DNA of 20,000 nt from Veleropilina oligotropha (lineage: Eukaryota): NCBI GenBank assembly GCA_048128005.1, contig JBEUKZ010000096.1, positions 743,525-763,524 on the forward strand, read 5' to 3'. Within the stretch, counting starts at the first letter, position 1. Every line of letters starts with the position of its first letter. Below the pieces are notes generated by a model that was not told the origin of the DNA, ran no database searches, and worked only from the letters and a program-made list of their open reading frames with translations. Of the stretch, positions 1 through 20,000 are shown one piece after another. The position numbers were made by a program, and so were the translations under genes.

Positions 1-214
1 TTTCTAGTTTTAGAGTAGCCTCTAAATACCTGCTTTAAAATCCACCAATGTGTCTTGTTAATGGTGAAATGTTTCAGTGATATCCTGTTACGAAATATAC
101 AACCTCACAGTCAACGGTTTAGTCAACTGTTTTCTATTACATATTTATTTATTTTCAACATTATATATATATATAAATATTACCCATATATGCTACATCA
201 CACATTTGTTCATG

Positions 215-368
215 TTATGAATCACAGTTGTCCGTGACTGGTCGGAGAGGTCGGGTTTCCTTGGGCGACCGGGCTTTCCTCCCGCGATAATACGGATATG
301 CCCTGCTTTGAACCAAATGATGGTTGGAAATATACAGGACATTAAGCATCGATCCTCTCCTTTGCTTA
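215..368 (+). mobile_element. 5'-truncated V-domain SINE copy
   Basis: Aligns closely with 11057-11210 and with the 3' half of the full-length SINE at 16280-16527. Contains a GGGTTT..GGGCGACCGGGCTTTCCTCCC V-domain-like motif. Confidence 0.8.
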
Positions 369-827
369 TTGTACCATTTAATCAACTTTCTGGTCAAATC
401 AGGATATGTTCATTTTATCGCGTGAGGATACAAGAAACCTGTCAGTACAGATTTGTTACCGACAACTGCGATTGTACATTTATCAAAGTGCTCAACGCGA
501 TGACGCGACCTCTCCAATCAATACAATTCGTATTATTGAAGTATACAATACATGTTGCTGACATGATAACCAAGTGGGTCGACCAAAGATAGGTGTCTAC
601 TCTTGCTTAGAAGGTGGTCCACTATTATTAGGAGGCGACCAAGGGGTTTCGGCTACAGCAATTAATGCTTGGCGTCTTTTCTTGTTTAGAGTCATTTCAG
701 TCTTGTTGCGAGTCGATGTCTTATGAGCGTCTATGATTGCCATTAATGCTTCGTATCTCCTATGCTTAGAGATATCAATTTTCGTTCGAAGGCTAAGAAT
801 CTGGCCAGTCTTGGTCTGAGTCAAAGA

Positions 828-1066
828 CCAGTTCCCGATTTTTTTAACAAGGCGTAGGTCTAGTCTAGGACTAGCTTACCGTTGTTCTAAGGCTAAAACG
901 ATAGGATATTGGACTTGGCTAACATCATTCCATGTATCCTAGCAAGAACTAGCCTAGCCCGCTGTCACAAAACGTAATAAACGCTCTAGTTATTGAGCAA
1001 TGGTAATATATAATATAAACTAGTCCCGAACTAGACTTATCCTTTGCTCATAAAACCGGGCACAGG
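828..1066. mobile_element. Degenerate MITE-like element with ~45-bp imperfect terminal inverted repeats
   Basis: ccagttcccgatttttttaacaaggcgtaggtctagtctaggactag (from 828) pairs imperfectly with the reverse complement of ctagtcccgaactagacttatcctttgctcataaaaccgggcacagg (1020-1066). Confidence 0.45.
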
Positions 1067-1577
1067 GGTTTTCGACGATGGCTATAATGCGTCTTTTCTT
1101 CTCATGCTTAGAGTCTGGCGCAATTTTCGAGCGCGACCATGGCCAAAAGTCTCCACGTTGACTACGTTGAGACGATACAAAAAGATCTTGAGGAAGAACT
1201 GCACCAAGAGTCGATGTTAGACAAGTTGCCAACGTTCGCTCGGTGAGATCGTCATGAACTGTGATAATTTCTCGAAATATTAATAGCCAGAATGCCCGTA
1301 ATGTTATCGCGATATTTATAAGGCGCTTCCAGTTTCACGAACAAATGTCAAGTCAATAAGAATGAACATAATTTTGGAATTTTCTTTTACCAAATCTCAG
1401 AATTCATGATCAATATACAATTTGTATATCAAGCCACGATAAATGTAACTGTACCATAACATTTTGTAGGCTACGTAAATAGATTATCTGCAAACCATTA
1501 GCCGGATGATGTTTTAACAGTAAACTGACCAGTCGATATTTGTTTGACATTGTCGCTAATTTAGTTTTCATGTAAAA

Positions 1578-1745
1578 CCTCGGCGGGTGAGTGGTTAGAG
1601 CGTCAGACATTCAACCGAAGATGTTAGTTAGTTTTGATTTCGAGGCCAACGGCGGCTCATTCTACTGCTCAAAATAAAAGAAGCATATGCCATATATGTC
1701 GGGCACATCCGAATGAGGACATAAACCGGATGTCTCGACTGCGAT
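1578..1745 (+). mobile_element. Degenerate tRNA-derived SINE, possibly with a Deu/Nin-type central domain
   Basis: A-box-like head (ggcgggtgagtggttagagcgtcagac), then ccgaatgaggacataaaccggatgtctcg, which resembles the Deu/Nin core CGGATGAGACGTAAAACCGAGGTCCCG as recalled. Confidence 0.4.
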
Positions 1746-1887
1746 ACGATCGAAAAAATGTGATCGTAAACAAAGTTAGTTACCAAACAACCCAAAATAC
1801 GATTGGGCCTGAACAACACTTTATCTTCGTTTTCAACCACATCTTTGTGTTATGGTTATTTACTTCTTTATATTTTTCTTCTAACAG

Positions 1888-11468
<9,581 letters not shown>

Positions 11469-12118
11469 ATATGTATAATAGTTATTACGAAATTATCAGG
11501 TTTACTCAATTCCGGTTATTTATTTTCATTCTATAAATATTTACTATCATGTAAATAAAGCACAAATTGTATAGCAATTTGTGGAACAAGTGGTTATACT
11601 GTGAGACGTGCGAAGGACAAGAAATTGATGAGAACAGCACGCGAACATAACGAATAAGACCAAGATGATAAATATGTTTCTTCTATTTTCAAAAATAATT
11701 GTTGAAACACTGAATAGTCGCAAAACAGAATGATGTTGTTTTAGCAAGATAAATGTGAATATTTACTAAAGAGATTCAAGTTAATCCCCGAAGTTTCTAA
11801 ATTACACAGGCGCCAGTGTCAGATCAGCAATGCATGTTATATTTCAAAGAGCAGTCTTGATGTAACGCGGCCAAATATGTCGCGGACTCGGCTTACAATG
11901 CAAGTTATTAGATTATGACTCTCACAATAGTTTAACTTTTTTATTTAAAACATACTCCACAACCAACAGACATCGTGGTGATACCGATGGATACAATAGA
12001 GGTCTGGTAACTATTCTAGTAGGTAGTTTGAACTTCAACAGTCCCTACGCAATATAAGTATTCATGAACGAATGTCGTCTTTGTAAATATTGAGCTAGTA
12101 ATTTACAGGTGTTACCTT

Positions 12119-12470
12119 CAGGGTTCTCAAATTTCAAGACTCTTTGATGAATAGTGCATGAAAATATGTGTTCCATGACTATTGTATATCATTTTTTTAA
12201 ATATATGCAAAATCTAATTTCGAAGAATTTACACATCAACGAAGAATTACGAAAGAGCACTCATGGTACACGCTTCCATAATATGTATGCGAGTTTTAAA
12301 ATAAGGCCCCTCTTCCCTTCACAGCTTTCCGATTCACCCACTTGCTATTTCTTTCACTGTAATTTTATGACTTTTTCCATGACTTTTATTATCCTTCTCA
12401 AACAAATTCGATGACTTTTGGAAATTACAATGTTCTATGATATGATATTTCAATGACTGTGGGAATCATG
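12119..12470. mobile_element. Degenerate hAT-like MITE with TTCCATGACT subterminal repeats
   Basis: Starts CAGGGTTCTC and ends GTGGGAATCATG (a degenerate GTGGGAACCCTG). Contains several (T)TCCATGACT-like motifs. Confidence 0.45.
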
Positions 12471-13499
12471 TACATTGCAGTAACGGCATTATTTTATTAC
12501 TGCAACGATGATATCCTGTGATATGTTCATATATTATATATTATTCGTTACATTTGTGATTATTGTGACCGCGCCCTAACCTGTGCTAATTTGTTACCTT
12601 AATCCACACATGTTTATCCTTGTATATATGTATATTTTCTGTATTGAAATAAATCTTTATATTTTAATGATGTAACTATCAATAATAATAACATTAATCT
12701 CAACGATTTTTGTTAAAATGTACAAAATGTTTATTCCCCTTTTGGATATTCAACATCGCAAAAATCCAGCAGGAGGCCTGACATCATCGTGAATAATATT
12801 TACTTTTCGTTGACATACAAATCAAACTGCAAACAATCCAAATTTCTTATTGAAATAAAGGGTATCCAAATAATAAAATATCAGTATGTCGACACATCTT
12901 TATTTTATGGTTAAGATCTATTATCGACATCAGGGTACGCCCTCATAGAAATACCACCATAGGCGTACCCATCGCCTTTTGGTTGGTAGTGAAGTATGAT
13001 GGTACCCGGGGAGAAACGCTGGACGCGGCCTAAAACATTAGAATCGCATTTTGGTGGCAGCAGCACCTCAACATAGCGAGACTCTGTTACGATTCATGCG
13101 TGATCCAAAGAAATTTCATTGTTACTATCTTCATTGCGTAAGTTCGAATCCTGATACAAGGTTCATATTGAATGTCAAATGAGAAGAATCGGATAAGAGG
13201 TACATTTAATAATATGTGCAAAACGACTTTTTTAATACGTACATACTGCAACACATGTATACCTTTGCGATATGACTTTCGATTTGAACATTATTTGTAG
13301 CAAATAAGTGCTTAGTGAATCGCCCGAATGATCTGTGAACGAACACAAACCATCAAAATAACAGTATTTAAAGTCAGGCGTGCCGACAAATACAAATACA
13401 TATATAAATTTGTATATCGTGAAAATCCGGAAAGTTTTGCTAGAATGCGCTTTGTTTACGTCTGAGTAAGGAACATACACTATTTTTAATTATATGTCA

Positions 13500-13990
13500 T
13501 ATTGATGAGGGAACATTTCAGGTTAGATTTGAAAGAGCTTAGTACATCATTACATTCAATTTCTCCAATATCACTTGGAAGATTTTTCCATAATCTGGGA
13601 CCGGCTACTTTAAAGGGCCTATTCCCGAAGGATTTCGTGCGTGTAGGGCTGATCACTAGTAGATGATGGCCGCATGATCGAAGGGATCGTGAAGGTTGGT
13701 ACAAGTTCTGAGAGGTACACATGTCCCAGTCCATGGAGAGCTTGAACACGAACATGAGTACATTGTACTGTACTATGCGCTCAGATATGGTTAGCTAGTG
13801 CATTTGCGCATACTCGTTACAACTTTTTCTGAGTTCTGCACCCTTTGAAGTTTGCTGGAAGTCCGTACAGTAGAGCATTGCAAGAATCCAGACGTGATGT
13901 GGCGTATGCCTGGATTAAAGTAGCAGCAGCTTGTTTGTCGATGTACTTTCTGATGTGATAGTAGGCACATTCACCAATAATATTCACATG
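13500..13990 (-). mobile_element. L2-clade LINE fragment (RT C-terminus and 3' end)
   Basis: Minus-strand peptides HIRKYIDKQAAATLIQAYATSRLDSCNALLYGLP and RSLRS...TRTKSFGNRPFKVAGPRLWKNLP...SFKSNLK are characteristic of L2/CR1 ORF2 ends. Confidence 0.85.
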
Positions 13991-15762
13991 AGGTTCATGG
14001 TAGAGTGAAGAAACGGTAGAAATAGGAGCACCGCTTTTTTCCATTACATCACCGGGGGCCTCAGAAAATACGTAGAGATGTCGTCAGAGGTAGTTGTCGG
14101 AAAAATCATCAAGCATCAGATACTCGTGAGGGAGGACATCATCACCGAGTGCTCTCACCACAAGATTTGACGACAGTCCATTTCCTACACTCTAGGATTC
14201 AAAGATGACATTGTTGATAATACAAGACAGCCGTCTGAGCCGCATTGCCACGGGTGTTCACATGGAAGATTACTATCATGAATTCGGCTCATCCAAAAAG
14301 ACAACCACGGATGTTGGCATGGTAGTCAGCGAATATCCTCGTTCGTCTCAGAGTCTGCACTGCATGTGTTATCAGAGGAAGAAAACAACCAGGTACTTAA
14401 TATGACATTTTACACTCGGATAGTCGTCAAGTGAGGAAGCCTTATCCTACATTATTTACCCTTTATCGGTCCAAGTTGTCGGAATCAACCAAGATTGAGA
14501 TTATAAATAACTTGGTTCCACAGAAGATCGAATGTGGATTGTTGCCTAAAATGATGTTGTCTGATCTTGACATAATATTCAAAGCAGAGAGCACACTGCA
14601 GGTCACCAACGGACGATGCTCACTGCGGGTTAAACGCGCGTCTGTTGACCAAGACAATGAATTAGATGTGGTATTCCAGAAAATGTCAACTGGTGGTACA
14701 GTTTGAGTGTACAAAGTATTTGACTAAGGCATATGATATCGTAGTCATATATTGTGACTAAGGCATACGAGTTGGGCCAACATCTCATTCATAACACAAT
14801 GAGAAGACGGTGATCCGCGAATGACCCTCGATAGAGCACTTGGTGGCAACACCTCCGAACGATGCCTAAGGCTTGTCCACTGGTATTGCTGAGAGGCAGT
14901 AATTGTGTGCCATTATGACTTTACAATTAATGGTCGTGACGACAGCGTCGAAGTTACCATGACATCACCCTGTCTTACACATGAAGAACTTCCGATATTC
15001 CTAACGATAGAAATACTAGTCTTTGGCTAGAGTCGTGACATACGACGTCTGATATAAGTTCCCCTAGGTAATGCCCATCAGCAGCAATCATTATGAAACA
15101 CCACTGGGTCCGGTGTTGTTTGGATAGCCCACTAATAAGCCTGTCATTTTTTACCAATATAGTCACATCATTGCAAAAGTCCTATCGCAATCTTTGACTC
15201 AGCGAGCACAAAAGTCAAGCACATCTCTCAAAATTAATTGAAAGATTACGGACACAAGTAAAAAATTTTGCAAAAATATGCATTTATTGAGCACTTTTAT
15301 GCATATTTGTATATAACTGATGTCTAATATTGCTCATGCATTAATGGGATATGCGCTAATCTTCAAGGATGCTTCTCTAGTACGGGTTGCATTGGTGTTA
15401 GTTTTGTTGTTCACCTCCTTAAATAACTTGTTCCTTGCACCCATACAGCAATACTCCGATGCAAGTGGTTTTGAAAATATCTATATTTGTGTAATGCCAT
15501 CATTGGAGCAGCAGTAGTCCACTGTCAAGTATTAACGTAAAAAGGTGACTTTTAACATCAACAGCCAATTTTCTGGTGGACATTATATAAATAAATTTAA
15601 ACCATTTTTATGACGTCATTCTATTGTCTTGGCCCGTGGTCTAACTGACCATATTGTCAGTTAGACCAAGGGGGACTACTTTCTTACACTAAAAATGGGT
15701 GTATTCGGGTATTAAAATCATATTTTAAATTATTCTACACTTTTGCAATGGTTTAAGTCGGT

Positions 15763-15882
15763 TATATCACTCGGTTTGTGTTATCTAATCGGAAAAGCCT
15801 GTGCAGTTAATCAACTCGGCGCTTCGCGCCTTATTGATTAACTGCAGGCTTTTCCGATTAGACAACCAAATCTCATGGTATA
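15763..15882. mobile_element. Palindromic hairpin MITE
   Basis: Arms tctaatcggaaaagcctg..gcagttaatcaa / ttgattaactgcaggcttttccgattaga flank a central GGCGCTTCGCGCC loop. Confidence 0.7.
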
Positions 15883-16279
15883 ATAGGCTAGTAAACGAAC
15901 GACTTAGGTTGGACAAAAATGTTAACAAGCAAATCTCATCTGAAATATGTTCATTTACGGTATATTATACCACAAAAAATTCCCCACACGGATCGACCCA
16001 AGGCAAAGCCTCGTTTCAGGCTCAATCCAAGATGGCCGCCAACGTAAATGAAAATTATTGTAATTTTGGAAATATTTAACAGAAAATCTATTTGAGGTGT
16101 CATTTCCAACTAATTCGGGTATGCCCATTTAGATGGTGACACTTAAAATTCGGTCAGAGGTCAAGATCATGCGTAACGAAAAGATTATTTTCAAAAATAA
16201 AACGAAATTGAACATGATTGCATGTATCTGCACAATCAGACGAACTACAATCTCGATTTAAGTGTTCTTGGTATGAAGT

Positions 16280-16527
16280 GGCCGCTTCGGCAGCGCAGTG
16301 GGTAGAGTGTCCACTCTAACTTCACTGGCTTGATTCCGCTAATCCGAACAGTAGTGGATTCAATACCTGGCTGAGGCATTGAAATTTGTTCAACTTATGA
16401 ATCACAGTTGTCCAAAGAGGGCGGGTTTACCCGGGCAACCGGGGGTTTCCTCCCGCGATAACACGGACATGTCCTGCCTTGAACCTCGATGTTGTAAACA
16501 TACAGGACATTAAGCATCATTCCTCCC
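16280..16527 (+). mobile_element. Full-length tRNA-derived V-domain SINE with 14-bp TSD
   Basis: Perfect TSD TCTTGGTATGAAGT at 16266-16279 and 16528-16541. A-box-like CAGCGCAGTGGGTAGAG, B-box-like GGATTCAATACC and V-domain-like GGGTTTACCCGGGCAACCGGGGGTTTCCTCCCGC. Confidence 0.9.
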
Positions 16528-16911
16528 TCTTGGTATGAAGTTTAAAATGCTTTTATCATCACAGGTCCATATTCATATGATCCCCTATCAAGGTCATCAA
16601 GAAACATCAGTGACAGTTTGGATACGACACGATATATGAAGAAAATACCATTCAATCAGTCAGTCAATAAAAATAATGTATTTAGGTAATGCATAAACAA
16701 AAGAGACAGCGACACAGTCAGTACAATTATACAGTGTTTTATGATATAATATCACGATATCATACCGTTGTTTTATATTGGCTACATAAAAAGTACATGA
16801 CAGGGAGACCAGTCAAGGAAACCCCAAAGGGCTTATTGAAAGACGGGCTACCCAGATGTATGAATATACATGACATAATTATGTAAACATACAACATATA
16901 AACATATAGAC

Positions 16912-17658
<747 letters not shown>

Positions 17659-17660
<2 letters not shown>

Positions 17661-18734
17661 ATATTTAGACGATACTTCATGGAGATTCTTTTGTTACAAA
17701 ACTGTGTCTATCTTTGATATTCACTTTTAGCGTGGTATATGAAAACAATGGGCTGATGTTCACGCGTCGTTTATTAGCCAAACCTGAACAATGAAATGTG
17801 ATAATTTTCAACAGGCGGCTGTGGTGGTCAGGGTCAAAGATTATAGTGGTCTGCTGAGTACGATCTCATACTCTGGTGACCGTTTCGTACTCAAATCAAC
17901 ACTCTTGATCATTGCAGAGTCTGAGCTGAGTTTCATATGAGTCTTTATAATCTTGAGGCCCAGGTCTCCATTTGACCAGTTTAAAATGCTTATTTACAGT
18001 ATATTTTAAGAATATTTGAGGCTAAAATTGTATATTATATCAAGCAAAAGGATGATACAATTCATGATCACTTTATATTGTATTTACACATTTAAATGAA
18101 AATTCGCAGAGCATGACATGAAAACATGGGCGGATATAATTTTAATCAAACGGGTGGGTTCCAGACATCCAGTCATCCACTTTTTTACCAATCACAAATT
18201 TGATGGTCAAAATTATCGCGTTTTACACTGTCAGAATGTAGGAGAGGTATTTCACACCGTTAATTGTCAACTTTTTTCACAGCTGATAGTATAATTCATA
18301 AAAGTTGGACACTCACATTCTCCAAATCCTGCATCTGCCCCTGTGAAAAACAGTAAATCGTAACAAATATCATACCTATATCTGCAAATAATGGGTGGAC
18401 TTCACTGCATTCTTCGGAGAAGTAACATCATCTTGGAAGTCTAAATCCAACAACTCACAGTCAAATCTCTAAATTTGGAAAAGTCCTACATCGTTTTCGT
18501 CTCTTACATGAAAAAATACCTAATATAAATTATTGTTCTACTGTATCGCCTAAATCGGTTAGACCATGTAACTCGTGAATATGTTGGATAGACACAGTTT
18601 TCCACCGTTGATTAAGTGTGAAATCGGATCATTGCACTCGTGCTTCGCACTCGAACAATGGTCCGATTTCACACTTAATCAACGATGAAAAACTGTGTCT
18701 ATCCAACATATACACTCTTTAGCATGATCTAACC

Positions 18735-18798
<64 letters not shown>

Positions 18799-19865
18799 GG
18801 TTAGATCATGCTAAAGAGTGTATATGTTGGATAGACACAGTTTTTCATCGTTGATTAAGTGTGAAATCGGACCATTGTTCGAGTGCGAAGCACGAGTGCA
18901 ATGATCCGATTTCACACTTAATCAACGGTGGAAAACTGTGTCTATCCAACATATTCACGAGTTACATGGTCTAACCGATTTAGGCGATACAGTAGAACAA
19001 TAATTTATATTAGGTATTTTTTCATGTAAGAGACGAAAACGATGTAGGACTTTTCCAAATTTAGAGATTTGACTGTGAGTTGTTGGATTTAGACTTCCAA
19101 GATGATGTTACTTCTCCGAAGAATGCAGTGAAGTCCACCCATTATTTGCAGGTATAGGTATGATATTTGTTACGATTTACTGTTTTTCACAGGGGCAGAT
19201 GCAGGATTTGGAGAATGTGAGTGTCCAACTTTTATGAATTATACTATCAGCTGTGAAAAAAGTTGACAATTAACGGTGTGAAATACCTCTCCTACATTCT
19301 GACAGTGTAAAACGCGATAATTTTGACCATCAAATTTGTGATTGGTAAAAAAGTGGATGACTGGATGTCTGGAACCCACCCGTTTGATTAAAATTATATC
19401 CGCCCATGTTTTCATGTCATGGTCTGCGAATTTTCATTTAAATGTGTAAATACAATATAAAGTGATCATGAATTGTATCATCCTTTTGCTTGATATAATA
19501 TACAATTTTAGCCTCAAATATTCTTAAAATATACTGTAAATAAGCATTTTAAACTGGTCAAATGGAGACCTGGGCCTCAAGATTATAAAGACTCATATGA
19601 AACTCAGCTCAGACTCTGCAATGATCAAGAGTGTTGATTTGAGTACGAAACAGTCACCAGAGTATGAGATCGTACTCAGCAGACCACTATAATCTTTGAC
19701 CCTGACCACCACAGCCGCCTGTTGAAAATTATCACATTTCATTGTTCAGGTTTGGCTAATAAACGACGCGTGAACATCAGCCCATTGTTTTCATATACCA
19801 CGCTAAAAGTGAATATCAAAGATAGACACAGTTTTGTAACAAAAGAATCTCCATGAAGTATCGTC

Positions 19866-19874
<9 letters not shown>
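17659..19874. repeat. ~2.2-kb near-perfect palindrome (inverted duplication) centred on (AT)29
   Basis: Position i pairs with 37533-i throughout. Only three mismatched pairs were seen (17881/19652, 18111/19422, 18381/19152) and no indels. The centre (18738-18795) is self-complementary (AT)n. Confidence 0.97.
18557..18734. mobile_element. Palindromic hairpin MITE (mirrored at 18799-18976; degenerate half-copy at ~17697-17740)
   Basis: Arms atatgttggatagacacagtttt..cgttgattaagtgtgaaatcgga / tccgatttcacacttaatcaacg..aaaactgtgtctatccaacatat flank a GTGCTTCGCAC loop. Confidence 0.8.

Positions 19875-19914
<40 letters not shown>
19868..19914. repeat. (AT)n microsatellite
   Basis: Directly visible at the distal breakpoint of the palindrome. 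Confidence 0.95.
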
Positions 19915-19917
<3 letters not shown>

Positions 19918-20000
19918 AAATCATTCCCTTCCTTGTGTCGGTAAAGTATATAGATATAGTAAACAATAAATCCTCTGTTCTGCAAACGTTTTCGGTGTTT

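Noticed and set aside
308..592. Candidate first coding exon of the Hv gene
   Set aside because: Starts within a SINE, shows no recognisable homology and has no convincing phase-2 donor. The N-terminal exon remains unidentified and may lie upstream of the window.
597..1232. Two minus-strand ORFs with similar KKRR..IA(V/I).E(T/N)P segments, suggesting a repeated protein domain
   Set aside because: Better explained as degenerate nucleotide repeats or MITE termini; no start or splice context.
14050..14960. Higher-GC stretch with short ORFs, possibly a decayed retroelement or gene
   Set aside because: No recognisable motif in any listed frame and no convincing exon structure. A translated search would be needed.
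18124..18343. Possible MITE with CATGGGCGGAT / ATCTGCCCCTG ends
   Set aside because: The TIR match is short and degenerate and no clear TSD was found, so support is insufficient.

Overview
AT-rich, repeat-dense animal genomic DNA, probably a lophotrochozoan invertebrate such as a mollusc (inferred from the gene subtype and repeat families). The main feature is a spliced + strand gene that the ORF track only partly shows. It encodes a voltage-gated proton channel (Hv/HVCN1 family) with seven visible, phase-consistent GT-AG exons: 1888-2012, 2572-2843, 3243-3296, 3851-3989, 8757-8872, 9257-9329 and probably 11320-11468. The N-terminal exon was not found. The channel keeps the S1 selectivity Asp, but its S4 reads LPWRVIRVVD: the first gating Arg is Pro (Hv3-like) and the Asn214-equivalent is Asp. 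It also has a ~75-aa His-rich, glycosylatable S1-S2 loop. Introns and flanks carry V-type tRNA-derived SINEs (one full length with a 14-bp TSD), RTE and L2 LINE fragments, Helentron-type non-autonomous elements (two tail-to-tail, forming a ~2.3-kb foldback), a PIF/Harbinger derivative with a MADF remnant, hAT-like MITEs, palindromic MITEs and long (TA)n tracts. The window ends in a ~2.2-kb near-perfect, spacer-less palindrome centred on (AT)29, which is either a very recent inverted duplication or an assembly artefact.
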